A stretch of 64,000 nt of DNA from Candidatus Poribacteria bacterium (GTDB lineage: Bacteria > Poribacteria > WGA-4E > WGA-3G): the NCBI GenBank assembly GCA_965197475.1, contig CBDANF010000003.1, positions 2,656,001 to 2,720,000 on the forward strand. The letters are read 5' to 3'. Every line of letters starts with the position of its first letter. Within the stretch, counting starts at the first letter, position 1. This document shows positions 31,426-42,291 of this stretch, piece by piece. Both the position numbers and the translations under genes were made by a program. The notes under the pieces are model-generated. The model was not told where the DNA came from. It did no database searches and worked only from the letters and a program-made list of their open reading frames with translations.

Positions 31426-34400
31426 CTCACTTGCTTTCGTCTCTGGAAGCGCATAGACTCCCCGCCGCACCCGGACGATCTCGCCTTCATCTAAAAGTTG
31501 TTTGAGCTGATTTCCTATCGCCTGAGGACTACTATCAATCGCTGCGACGAGTGATGATGTTGTTTTCTCTCGACCAGAGGCAAGAAGAAAGAGGATCTGC
31601 TCTCGGAAAGTAACGCGAGGAATGTTACCACCCCGCAGCTCCTGCAACACACGGTTCGCTTGCCTTGAGGAGCATCCTAACACACGTTCCACTTCTTCCC
31701 TGCTGGATTCAGCAGTTAGGTTAGCCCGTTCCGCTTCAAAACGTTCACGTGTGCGGACGGTTTCCTCAAGTTTATGTAACCCACCAGCGATCTCAAAGTC
31801 TTCCCAGTCAAAAAGAAGTGTTTCCGGTCTATCAGTGATGTCCGGCAGTTCAATGTTGTTGAGCAGCATTACCGTTTTACCTTTCCTACGGTTCAGTCCA
31901 AAGTATCCGACAATCTGTGTGAGTAACCCCGCGATATTTTGATCATATACCCTTTGTATGCGTTCATCTATAAAGTAATCAGTCCACATTTCTTGAGACA
32001 ACATTTCTCTTTCATAATTAAGCGGTTTTTCGTCGTTTCCAAACAACATTTGCGCGTGGTGGCAGAGTGTGTCTTGCGGCCAAAATGGCGTGCCGACTAT
32101 CCATAAGACCTGGACAGCTTCAATATGTGTCTCTATCTTGTGCAACTTTTTATAATCCGCTACAAAACAGACGTTCTGCTTTGCTGTCAGGTCCGCTAAC
32201 GTATCAATAATTGGTGTATCTGTGGCAATCGCGTGTTTTATGCTCGGGTCTCTATCAATTTCTGCGCGGATACCTAAAAAGTAACGTTCTCCTAATTTAG
32301 ACAACTCGGTAACGTCCGAGTTGAAATCATAGTTTAGAATTTCATGTAGCGATTTGCTATTTGTGCGGATCTGAAAAACGTTGTTACCTGGCACCCATGC
32401 TGTCGGTTCAACACGAATAACATCCATTTCTTCATCCGGGAACACTTTGCGAAGCTGCTGATCGGAGAGGTATGTTGATATTAATAAGAGACGTTTGACG
32501 TTTGGATGCAGCTTGGGTGGTATCCAAAACTTCAGATATTTATCGTCCCACTGCATCGGAGCATCAGCATCCCGCAGATAATGCGCAAAGAAACGCTGCA
32601 ACTGATGCCAATACGTCCAATTTGGATCACGACAGACGGTGGGAAAAGAATCTATTTTCTCTACGGTTTGGAGATCCAGGATTCCTAATGCGGCGGCTTC
32701 TGCCATCTGCATCGGGATACAGATATCCTCGTTAGGAGGTAAAGGTCGCGATTCGGAGATCGCTCCTACAGTAGGAGGTAAAGGTCGCGATTTGGAGATC
32801 GCTCGGACAGCTTCCCGACTGTGGAGTGGTAAAATGGGCAGCTCCATTGCGCGCAGTCTATCTTCAGCATTCGCGTCCAAAGGGATGTGTGCCGTTGCGC
32901 CGCCGTGAAAGTCAATTGCGTAACGTGCTAATTCTGTTCCTGTTTTGGTGTCAACAATCCCGCGCGCCACAACTTTGCCCTGTACATTAATGTAACACAT
33001 CTGTTGAATTATCTCAGCTGCGTGTTGTTGGAACGCTTCGACTACAGCGCGAACTGGTCCGACCGGATTACTATATGGGTTGCTTTGTGTTTCAATCGCA
33101 TTCATTAAAGCTACGGCAAAGTTGCCCAAAACATTTCCCCGCCAGTTGACGACCCATTCCTCCACGACTTTTCTTGATAATCTATATTCGGGAAACAGGT
33201 AACTTATTGTTGTTATACGTTCATCAATGATACAGATATGTTCCGGTTCATCAGTGGAACCCAATATCTGTTGTAACAGGTATGTGTATTGTGGATCCAG
33301 AAACAGTTTCCAGATTGACAATATTTGTGCGTTTGTGCGTTGCAATGCAAGCGGTTGTGATAGATACCCGCGTTCTTGGCATGCTGTCCAAACGGGACAC
33401 TGTGGACAGATACTTTCACTTGCATTGCCACCCTTTTCCTCAAACGCACTGAACCGCTCAGGATCCTCACACACATTGCCGTGTTGGAAGGGATTTGTCA
33501 TGCGGACATCTACCGGTATATCTTTCACCTGCTCCCACTGGTGAAAGATATACCGCCTGCGGAAAAAAGAGGACAGTTTTTTTGATCGGTATCGTTGTTC
33601 TGTTGCTTCTGAGATATATGAGTCGGGTATATTTAGGCTGGTTGCATGGTTGTTCAAAAGATAGTCTTCTGTTTCGGTATTCGTTAATATATTTGCTTCG
33701 GTAGCCGTGAGTGCGAGAACACGTGTCCCGCGCTTCAAGATACGTTGTAGCTGCGCTGAATGCTGTTGTAGTGTTTTATGGACCTTTGGTGGTGTCTGCT
33801 GCTTTTGAAGTTTCGGCGGCAAACGTTTTATTGCCAATGGACTTAAGTGTCCCTCCCGAATGACGAGTATTTTTTCGTTGATAGGTGTTGGCATCGAAAT
33901 GCCGGTGTCATCCCATATAGCTGTTATTGGCACAGCATATATTGGAAACTCGGTATTTGGTGTAGCCGCGCGCACCCATACAATGTCCTGGTCCTCCCAT
34001 AGCGACACGTACACATCGTTGTGCGTCCAGTAGTGAAAACCGTTTGCTTCTCGTTCATAAGAAAAACCACGTTTCAAAAACGCTTCTTTCGCAAGATCAA
34101 GATTTTCTGAACCAAGGGATGGTAGGGCAGCGGTATCAGTTTTTAGTGCGTCTTTTAGGAATTTTTCTTGAGGTGATTCAGGTGCGTGAAGTGCAGCACG
34201 GAGGCTATTAATAGGTGCAAAAATCACCTCTTTGGCGATGATAGGTGGCACTAACAGATTACCAAGCAGAATCTCATACCGCATATCCCAGCGGCTGTAA
34301 CCCTCGTTCCCACGTAATTCCAAGTAAATGTCCCGGTGGTTCGGGTTTTCTGGCGTTGGCTTGTGCTTATAGATGAAAAATTTTGCTTCATCGGTGTTCG

Positions 34401-34911
34401 GATGCAGGTAATCTTGGATTCGGCAAGTGAACCGAAGTCCGCCGGATTTTGTTATCGTCAACAATGGGGCGGCAGTCGTGTTAATGAGTGCTTCAATACA
34501 AGTAGAAACAGCTTCTGGTTCGGCACAAATCGCGTCATATTTAAATTCAAAGTCGTGCCATCGCGCACTATCACGTTGGGAGGGGATGCCGGTATATATC
34601 TGAATTCCCCATGAGGCATACCACTGTTTCATTCGCCAATCTTCAGCACTTTGCCGCTTCAAGAACCTATCACCACCAAAATCTCGTGGACCTTGATCGT
34701 TTTCAGGCGCATGGCCTATCGGCATAAAGGAGATATCTGCATTCTCAAGTTCATCAAGTGTCAACGGATTGCTGCGTACACAATGCACCTTAATGCAATA
34801 CCGAAAACGTTTGTATAATGCTGTTGTTACCACTGTTCTGCGTTGCCGAAGTGATTCTCTTTCTGCATGCCGTTGGTGACAACGTTCAAAAATATCTTCT
34901 AAAACTTTCAT
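31399..34911 (-). CDS. Large hypothetical protein: prim-pol-like N-terminus, Cys cluster/helicase-like middle, C-terminal winged HTH
   Basis: 1170-aa ORF; WGIQIYTG, ITKSGGLRF, LELRGNEGY; C..CPQCPVWTAC; ICIIDE; LKQLLDEGEIVRVRRGVYAL. Confidence 0.55.
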   Translation of the reverse strand: MKVLEDIFERCHQRHAERESLRQRRTVVTTALYKRFRYCIKVHCVRSNPLTLDELENADISFMPIGHAPENDQGPRDFGGDRFLKRQSAEDWRMKQWYASWGIQIYTGIPSQRDSARWHDFEFKYDAICAEPEAVSTCIEALINTTAAPLLTITKSGGLRFTCRIQDYLHPNTDEAKFFIYKHKPTPENPNHRDIYLELRGNEGYSRWDMRYEILLGNLLVPPIIAKEVIFAPINSLRAALHAPESPQEKFLKDALKTDTAALPSLGSENLDLAKEAFLKRGFSYEREANGFHYWTHNDVYVSLWEDQDIVWVRAATPNTEFPIYAVPITAIWDDTGISMPTPINEKILVIREGHLSPLAIKRLPPKLQKQQTPPKVHKTLQQHSAQLQRILKRGTRVLALTATEANILTNTETEDYLLNNHATSLNIPDSYISEATEQRYRSKKLSSFFRRRYIFHQWEQVKDIPVDVRMTNPFQHGNVCEDPERFSAFEEKGGNASESICPQCPVWTACQERGYLSQPLALQRTNAQILSIWKLFLDPQYTYLLQQILGSTDEPEHICIIDERITTISYLFPEYRLSRKVVEEWVVNWRGNVLGNFAVALMNAIETQSNPYSNPVGPVRAVVEAFQQHAAEIIQQMCYINVQGKVVARGIVDTKTGTELARYAIDFHGGATAHIPLDANAEDRLRAMELPILPLHSREAVRAISKSRPLPPTVGAISESRPLPPNEDICIPMQMAEAAALGILDLQTVEKIDSFPTVCRDPNWTYWHQLQRFFAHYLRDADAPMQWDDKYLKFWIPPKLHPNVKRLLLISTYLSDQQLRKVFPDEEMDVIRVEPTAWVPGNNVFQIRTNSKSLHEILNYDFNSDVTELSKLGERYFLGIRAEIDRDPSIKHAIATDTPIIDTLADLTAKQNVCFVADYKKLHKIETHIEAVQVLWIVGTPFWPQDTLCHHAQMLFGNDEKPLNYEREMLSQEMWTDYFIDERIQRVYDQNIAGLLTQIVGYFGLNRRKGKTVMLLNNIELPDITDRPETLLFDWEDFEIAGGLHKLEETVRTRERFEAERANLTAESSREEVERVLGCSSRQANRVLQELRGGNIPRVTFREQILFLLASGREKTTSSLVAAIDSSPQAIGNQLKQLLDEGEIVRVRRGVYALPETKASEFVGWVKRK

Positions 34912-34987
34912 GATGTCCGCCTTTTCCTACTGTAGGGTGGGTAAAGTGTAACGTAGATATTTTTGTGGGAGGCGTTTTGAACGCCGA

Positions 34988-36384
34988 TACTTTCTTGTAT
35001 AGGACGGACGCATTTTCTCTTAAAGTCCCCCTGCATAAGGGGGACTTAGGGGGTTAAAAACACGGAAATAACGATTTTGAACTGCGGGATGGACGCATAA
35101 GTGGTAGAATCCTTGATGGCATCTGCCAGTTTAACCCCCTAACCCCCTTATCAAGGGGGAATGCGTCCGTCCTTTTAACCCCCCTAACCCCCCTTATCAA
35201 GGGGGAATGCGTCCGTCCTGTTGTACTACCTTACTTTCTTGTATAGGACGGACGCATTTTCTCTTAAAATCCCCCTGATAAGGGGGACTTAGGGGGTTAA
35301 AAACACGGAAATAACGATTTTGAACTGCGGGATGGACGCATAAGTGGTAGAATCCTTGATGGCATCTGCCAGTTTAACCCCCCTAACCCCCCTTATCAAG
35401 GGGGAATGCGTCCGTCCTTTTAACCCCCCTAACCCCCCTTATCAAGGGGGAATGCGTCCGTCCTTTTAACCCCCCTAACCCCCCTTATCAAGGGGGAATG
35501 CGTCCGTCCTGTTGTACTACCTTACTTTCTTGTATAGGACGGACGCATTTTCTCTTAAAATCCCCCTGATAAGGGGGACTTAGGGGGTTAAAAACACGGA
35601 AATAACGATTTTGAACTGCGAGATGGACGCATAAGTGGTAGAATCCTTGATGGCATCTGCCAGTCTAACCCCCCTAACCCCCCTTATCAAGGGGGAATGC
35701 GTCCGTCCTTTTAACCCCCCTAACCCCCCTTATCAAGGGGGAATGCGTCCGTCCTTTTAACCCCCCTAACCCCCTATCAAGGGGGAATGCGTCCGTCCTT
35801 TTAACCCCCCTTATCAAGGGGGAATGCGTCCGTCCTGTTGTACTACCTTACTTTCTTGTACAGGACGGACGCATTTTCTCTTAAAATCCCCCTGATAAGG
35901 GGGACTTAGGGGGTTAAAAACACGGCAATAACGACTTTGAACTGCGAGATGGACGCATAAGTGGTAGAATCCTTGATGGCATCTGCCAGTCTAACCCCCC
36001 TAACCCCCCTTATCAAGGGGGAATGCGTCCGTCCTTTTAACCCCCCTAACCCCCCTTATCAAGGGGGAATGCGTCCGTCCTGTTGTACTACCTTACTTTC
36101 TTGTATAGGACGGACGCATTTTCTCTTAAAATCCCCCTGATAAGGGGGACTTAGGGGGTTAAAAACACGGAAATAACGATTTTGAACTGCGAGATGGACG
36201 CATAAGTGGTAGAATCCTTGATGGCATCTGCCAGTCTAACCCCCCTAACCCCCCTTATCAAGGGGGAATGCGTCCGTCCTTTTAACCCCCCTAACCCCCC
36301 TTATCAAGGGGGAATGCGTCCGTCCTTTTAACCCCCCTAACCCCCCTTATCAAGGGGGAATGCGTCCGTCCTGTTGTACTACCT
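34988..36384. repeat. Two-level tandem array: 5 MITE-containing units with 2,3,4,2,3 internal 46-bp subrepeats
   Basis: Each unit TTGTA-(T/C)AGGACGGACGCA...TGCGTCCGTCCTG-TTGTA; subrepeat TTAACCCCCCTAACCCCCCTTATCAAGGGGGAATGCGTCCGTCCTT. Confidence 0.95.
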
Positions 36385-36804
36385 TTAAATTGACACCTAT
36401 AGGCAAAGCGTAAGCGAAACCCGTGAAATGCACGTGTGGCATTCCGCCCGTATGGTATTCTGCATGATTCATCCAAATCAACGCTGAATGCGCGTTCGGT
36501 TTCCGGACCGAACCGCATTCGGTGCTAACAGGGATATTTAACCAACTTCTTACATGTTCTTGTGCGTTGATGTGGACAAAAGCTACACGCAAAATCATGC
36601 AGAATACCAAACGCGCATTCTGTCACGCGGTTGTCGGCAGAGAAACCCAAGGACTCCCCTACAATGTTAAACAAGGCGAAATGCCAAATTAACACCGATT
36701 CCCCTATAATGTGATAAATTGCTGAGTTTCCGGTTGTTCCAACTAACTTATAGACTGTTGATCGGTAAGCTTAGGCAAGTATACCTACCGTCGTCTTATA
36801 TCTT

Positions 36805-36926
36805 CAGGACTTACGCATTCCCCCCTTGATAAGGGGGTTAGGGGGTTAAATAGGCAGAATTTGGTGCTTTTAACCCCCTAAATCCCCCTTATCAGTGGGA
36901 CTTTTAAACACATTGCGTAAGTCCTG
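36805..36926. mobile_element. 122-bp MITE, CAGGACTTACGCA family
   Basis: TIR CAGGACTTACGCA/TGCGTAAGTCCTG; 5-bp duplication ATCTT. Confidence 0.85.
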
Positions 36927-36930
36927 ATCT

Positions 36931-37089
36931 TATAGTAAAATCTGTAATTATCTGGACACTGCTGTAGCGTCCACTTTCAGTTTGCGCAAGGACGACACAA
37001 ACTAAAAGTTTGTGCTACAAAATATGCGGTAGGAACTGTTTCCCAACTGGACCGATAACAATGTCCAAGTAATTCTAAAATCTACTATA
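36931..37089. mobile_element. TATAGTA...TACTATA MITE
   Basis: TATAGTAAAATCTGTAATTA / TAATTCTAAAATCTACTATA; internal ACAAACTAAAAGTTTGT hairpin as near 4100. Confidence 0.6.
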
Positions 37090-37194
37090 ATATATTAACA
37101 CAAAACCTAATTTTTATCAAGGTTTTTACATTTATGGTGAATTAACGTGAGCTCGGTGTCCGAGATGTGAATTTTTTAATTCTTGAATTCTACT

Positions 37195-37279
37195 TTCACA
37201 GCCACGGTAGGTGCGGTTTTCACAGCCACGGTAGGTGCGGTTTTCACAGCCACGGTAGGTGCGGTTTCCTAACCGCACC
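37195..37279. repeat. Three tandem REP-derived repeats ending in a full GTAG REP hairpin
   Basis: TTCACAGCCACGGTAGGTGCGGTT x3 then GGTGCGGTTTCCTAACCGCACC. Confidence 0.8.
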
Positions 37280-37925
37280 ATAGGCATTAATTTAAAAAAT
37301 GTCTGTGTTTTTATAAACATTGCTCAATGCGTATGATGATTGAAACTGTCCCATATTTAGCCCCGCCAAATGCGCTTGGCAGAATACGCGTATGGTATTC
37401 TGCATGATTTGGCGGGGTTCAAGAGACTGTTTGGGACTGTTTTCTGGACACATTCCGCACCGCTGGTGATGCTATCGTCACAAATCAGTATCTTTTTTGC
37501 ATATAGCACACTAAATTGACAGTTATGGGTTTCGCTACGCTCTACCCAACTTACGAACTCAAAAATGTCAAATTCTCACATAAAATGTAGAATTTTCACA
37601 TCAAATGCAGAATATTCGCAAAAAATGTGTGTTTTTTGTAATTTTTACTTGACTTCTAACGTATAATAGTATACAATATGTCATGTAATTCATTTTAAGA
37701 CATACATATTGTATAATAATGAAAAACTTAATTTGTTTAATATTAAGTTTAATGTTATAATTAATCTGTGTTCTATATGAGACTTCAAGTGACGGAGTAG
37801 CGAACCAGAACCTTGAACGCACATAAAATTAGGTATTGGTAAGTCCATACAACATAGAAAAACTGATAAGTTCCGTTATGGAGTCCCATTTATGTTATTT
37901 AATGTAAAGACAAATAAAAAATAAT

Positions 37926-37954
37926 TTGACTTTACATTAGTTTTAACTTATAAT
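37926..37954 (+). promoter_or_regulatory. Sigma70-type promoter of the 1332-aa gene
   Basis: TTGACT-N17-TATAAT; a second TTGACT-N17-TACAAT at 37649-37677. Confidence 0.55.
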
Positions 37955-38256
37955 TAATATATTAGAAAGATGCAGGTGTTGTTATCATCTGCATTGGACA
38001 ATGTAGGTTAGAGCAAAGCAAAGTCCATTCGTAAAGGTAAATGCTTCGCTCAAGATGCAAAGAAACAATTGGTAACCGCACAATTTATACGTAGACAGAC
38101 TGGGTGTGGTATTGATTGAGATAGGTAAACAGGTAATCCCTGTTTTTTACACAATATTAATACACAATATTAATATTTGAGATTGGAAGATTAGATTAAG
38201 AGGATTTAATTCCCTGAATCTTAACTTAATTTTAGTTATTTATAGGAGATTTTATA

Positions 38257-41200
38257 ATGAACCTGTCAAATCGATTGACATTTTCTTTAGTTTTTTCTGT
38301 TTTGCTCGTTGCAGGGTTTGCCCTTGTGCCGACCGTAATGGCGGCAGAAGGCGGTCCAACAGCGACAATTACGATTGACGACTCAATGACCACGGGTATT
38401 GACGGTGATGGCAATGGTGATTTTACTGATACGGGCGATGTCGCCCCAGTAGATACTGTGGATGGCGCGAATGTGTTGCTCACAAATTCAGCGCGCGAGA
38501 CGCTCGTTACAAGTGGCACCGGTTATTTTCGTGTGAAAGTCGTGTTTAGTGAGGCAGTTTTTGCTAATCCTAATGAGACTGATGTAGACAATCCAGATAC
38601 ACCAATTGCGAATGGTGATCTTGGTGCTACCTTAACTGGCGCGGATGCTGTTTGGAATATTGTAGCTGGAGCAGTTCGTGGTGGAGCAGAGGTCACTGGT
38701 ATAACAGTCGATAGTATTGAGCGTGTTGACACAGACGATGACCCAAATGTGGAAGTGCTTTCCAAGACCGATTTTCTGGTAACACTATTAGTCGATTCTG
38801 ATGACGTGCCGTTAATAATAACCCTCACACTTAACGAGAATCAAGTCTTCGGTGTAGGCACACCATTTCGGTCTCCTCCGCCCACAGCTGCGGTTCCTGG
38901 TATAAGCAACCAAGAAGCAAGTGCAACTTTCACTGTCATTCCAAAAGAGTTGTTAAACCCGGATGTTGCGGTTTCTGCAAGTGAGATCGGACTTGGCGAG
39001 ACGGTTACTTTGACATTGACGTTTGATGAAGCTCCTACCGGTGGTGATGTCCCTTCTCGCACTAACATTACGGTTACGAACGGAAGTATTCTTCCAGACG
39101 ATCTTACCACAGTTGGTGATGATGGGTTATATTCAAACGCCGATGCAACTACCGATCCTAATACGATATGGACAATAGTAGTTATCCCGCGAGGTGGTAT
39201 TGGCACTTTCTACAAAATGAAAGTAGAAGCAGTAGCCGGTGCGCCTTTCGTCCTCTCGGAAGAAATTACTGTTGATAGCACGCCACTATCGCAACAGATT
39301 GATATTGAAACAGATTCTACTTCTGACTCTCGAAAAGGTGGTGCGGAGTTTACGGTAAAAATTGTATATAACGTAGCACCATCAGATCCCCTTACTGCAG
39401 CGGGTGTTACAGTTGAAGGCGGCGATAAAGGAGAGTTTTCGGGATCAGGCACAACCTACTTCTTGGTAGTGGAGCCCGACACTCCAGATGCGGGTGAAAC
39501 TGATGAACTGACGGTATCTGTCGGTCAGTATAGTCGGTCTTTCGATATCCTCGGCATAGAGGTGGAAAAGGAGGTGGAAGAGGAGGAGGATGCTATTTCT
39601 CGGATCACAAGCGAGGAATTCGCTATTCCCAAAAATAGTTTTGTTGTTGTCGTTAGAGACATTGGAACACCAGGAGATACCACAGCAGATCCGCCAATAC
39701 CTGCATCACTGATACCGGAAGGTCAAGTATTCCGTGCTGGTGTTACGAAAAAAGAATGGGCAACTATGCCAAACCTACAGGAGTTATTTGATAGAACTGC
39801 TCCCGGTGGTGGTGGCGCACTTGTTGTGGAAGATGCTGCTGATCCTGCAAATATCTCTGTCGGTAGAGTCGGTATCAGTGAAATTATGTGGGGTATAGAT
39901 GAAGGTAAACTCGGTTTAGCAAGTCAAAGTGCCTCACAGTGGATTGAACTTCACAACATCTCCGATAAAGATGTGATGGTCAAACTACATTCACTCACAG
40001 GTCGCGATATTACCGATGACACCAAACTCACAGGTAGCCTTACAGCTCGCACAATTGATGTAGTGACGAACTTCTTTAACAATCGTCCAGGTGGCGTAGC
40101 GTGGGATGTGCCAGGTTCAAACGGTAATACCGTATCAGGCGCAAATTTCGTCTCAATGGCACGCAAGCTACCAGATAAGAAGGGTGCTTATGCCGATGCC
40201 AGTGGTGCAAGGTATAGCAACCGAGATGGTAGAGCGTCAGGGAGTTGGACGACATCTTCAAACGTTTATGTACGGAAGGCAGTGTCTGTTGGTGATGTGC
40301 AGGTGGTTTATGAATATAAAGGCACACCCGGACAGGTGAATTCGTTTGAACCTGAGAAACAGCCGCACACTAGAGATAGCCGAACAAATGTTCCAAGTGA
40401 TGCGATTGTCATCAACGAGGTCGCGAACCGTTCTGATACGGATAAAAAGTACGAGTGGATTGAGCTTCGCAATGCCTCTGGCAGTGAAAAAAACCTGCGG
40501 AAATACAGAATCTCTAAGGTAATTGATGATGATACTGACCAACTCCTTATTGAATTCCCGAACGATGATAAAGCCAAGATTCCTGCAGGTGGTGTGCTAC
40601 TCTTAGTTGCATCCGATCCAGCAACTGATCCGAATCATCCGCTTGTCCCTGGACGCAACGTCTCTAAAAGTCAAGCAGAACATTTACAATGGGAATGGAA
40701 CAGTCCAATTCGGTATAAGGTCATTGAGTTTAAGAATAATGGTCTACCAGACAGTGGTAAGTTCGTGCTGATTGTGCGCAGACCAGACAGTGCTAGTGAT
40801 GCCGCTGAACTTGGTAAAGATGACCTTGACAAAATTGTGGATATTGCTGGATGGCACGATAATTTGGATAGATCTGACTATTCTAATGCAGTTTCATCCA
40901 CTGATCTATGGCCACTGAGAGCGTTTAAGGCACCAGAGTTCACTGATAACAAGCTTGAAGTAAACAAGGTTCACTATCGCCAGCATAAGACAACGAAAGA
41001 TGGTCGTAGTGGTGTTGGTTCTACGGCTAATTCAACCTCCGACAGTACGGCAGCATTCCGAGATGCTGGGTTCACAGGTGTCGGCTATAAACGTCGCATC
41101 ACAGGCGGAGCCGTTTATGGGGGAACACCCGGTTATGATAACGGTGCACTGAAACCAAAAGATGGCGTTATCACAGGTCCTGTCTATATCAGTGAAATTA

Positions 41201-42255
41201 TGTATGCTGATGGACCAAACGGCTCACTCCCACAGTGGATTGAACTCCGTAACCCGTCTAAGACTGTTGGTGCAGACTTACACAACTGGCGGCTTACCAT
41301 CATCAATCACGATTCGACTGATGCTGATGGCACGCAATGGGGCGGTAAAGCCGATGCAAGTATCCTGCTCAACAGGTTGAAAATTAAACCGAATTCGTCT
41401 GTGCTGATTGCCTCATCCAGAGCACCTCGGTTTGACGTTCGCCTTCCCAATACTGATATCTTTACCCTGTTCCCGGCACATAGAAACACTTTCGGTATGT
41501 CAGGTCCTGGTAGTGATGTTATCAATATCTATGGCTTCAAAATCACGCTGCATGCCAGAGGTAACGAATCATCGAGTAGCCGGCAGTTAGTTGACGAAGT
41601 CAGTAACCTCGCTGATCGGAGAGATGCAAAGCGAGGAGAGAGAACGGATACGGAACGTTATGATGCTCCTCGTTGGGCATGGCCGGATGCACATACCGCA
41701 GATGGTGATCGTATCTCAGTCGCTCGTGCTAATACGAATACTGCTACTGAAGCATACAATCGTGGTATCGCTGATGGAAAAACAGCCGCAGGTTGGGTGC
41801 TCTCCAGTGATGATGGCAGAATCCACAGAATCGACGTAACCTATTATGGGAACGAAGACGATATTAGCACACCGGGTCAAACCGTTCGTTCACCACTACC
41901 AGTTTCATTGTCCTCTTTCCGTCCATCAGTGCAAGACGGCAAAGTCGTTGTCCGATGGACAACCGAATCGGAACTTGACAACGCTGGATTTAATATCCTC
42001 CGTAGCGATAGCCGGAACGGTGAGTTCAAAAAGGTCAACGCTAAGATGATCCAAGGTCATGGTACCACAGGTGAACGTAATACCTATAAATGGGTTGATG
42101 CTACAGCGAAACCCGGTTTTGTATATTATTATCAAATTGAAGACGTATCCTTCGCCGGTGAGCGTCAAACGCTCATGACCACTAAGTTGAAAGGCTTGAT
42201 CTCGGCAAAGAACAAGCTGACCACATTGTGGGGCGGATTGAAAGAGGTACAATAG
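38257..42255 (+). CDS. Large secreted/surface protein with Ig-like region, three lamin-tail-like domains and C-terminal KLTTLWGGLK motif
   Basis: Signal peptide; ISEIMW..QWIELHN, INEVAN..EWIELRN, ISEIMY..QWIELRN; PLPVSLSSF..VRWTTESELDNAGFNI domain. Confidence 0.8.
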   Translation: MNLSNRLTFSLVFSVLLVAGFALVPTVMAAEGGPTATITIDDSMTTGIDGDGNGDFTDTGDVAPVDTVDGANVLLTNSARETLVTSGTGYFRVKVVFSEAVFANPNETDVDNPDTPIANGDLGATLTGADAVWNIVAGAVRGGAEVTGITVDSIERVDTDDDPNVEVLSKTDFLVTLLVDSDDVPLIITLTLNENQVFGVGTPFRSPPPTAAVPGISNQEASATFTVIPKELLNPDVAVSASEIGLGETVTLTLTFDEAPTGGDVPSRTNITVTNGSILPDDLTTVGDDGLYSNADATTDPNTIWTIVVIPRGGIGTFYKMKVEAVAGAPFVLSEEITVDSTPLSQQIDIETDSTSDSRKGGAEFTVKIVYNVAPSDPLTAAGVTVEGGDKGEFSGSGTTYFLVVEPDTPDAGETDELTVSVGQYSRSFDILGIEVEKEVEEEEDAISRITSEEFAIPKNSFVVVVRDIGTPGDTTADPPIPASLIPEGQVFRAGVTKKEWATMPNLQELFDRTAPGGGGALVVEDAADPANISVGRVGISEIMWGIDEGKLGLASQSASQWIELHNISDKDVMVKLHSLTGRDITDDTKLTGSLTARTIDVVTNFFNNRPGGVAWDVPGSNGNTVSGANFVSMARKLPDKKGAYADASGARYSNRDGRASGSWTTSSNVYVRKAVSVGDVQVVYEYKGTPGQVNSFEPEKQPHTRDSRTNVPSDAIVINEVANRSDTDKKYEWIELRNASGSEKNLRKYRISKVIDDDTDQLLIEFPNDDKAKIPAGGVLLLVASDPATDPNHPLVPGRNVSKSQAEHLQWEWNSPIRYKVIEFKNNGLPDSGKFVLIVRRPDSASDAAELGKDDLDKIVDIAGWHDNLDRSDYSNAVSSTDLWPLRAFKAPEFTDNKLEVNKVHYRQHKTTKDGRSGVGSTANSTSDSTAAFRDAGFTGVGYKRRITGGAVYGGTPGYDNGALKPKDGVITGPVYISEIMYADGPNGSLPQWIELRNPSKTVGADLHNWRLTIINHDSTDADGTQWGGKADASILLNRLKIKPNSSVLIASSRAPRFDVRLPNTDIFTLFPAHRNTFGMSGPGSDVINIYGFKITLHARGNESSSSRQLVDEVSNLADRRDAKRGERTDTERYDAPRWAWPDAHTADGDRISVARANTNTATEAYNRGIADGKTAAGWVLSSDDGRIHRIDVTYYGNEDDISTPGQTVRSPLPVSLSSFRPSVQDGKVVVRWTTESELDNAGFNILRSDSRNGEFKKVNAKMIQGHGTTGERNTYKWVDATAKPGFVYYYQIEDVSFAGERQTLMTTKLKGLISAKNKLTTLWGGLKEVQ

Positions 42256-42291
42256 GGTTAAATTCAGGGATATTTAACCAGTTCTCCTCAA

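Noticed and set aside
34988-36384. CRISPR array
   Set aside because: Sequence between the palindromic repeats is itself repeated; no unique spacers and no cas genes
36291-37320. Short ORFs such as SPLIRGVRG and (GCENRTYR)n
   Set aside because: Translations of MITE/REP repeats, without RBS or domain support
38000-38090. c-di-GMP-I riboswitch (GCAAA...GATGCAAAG)
   Set aside because: Required paired stems and GNRA/receptor arrangement could not be formed
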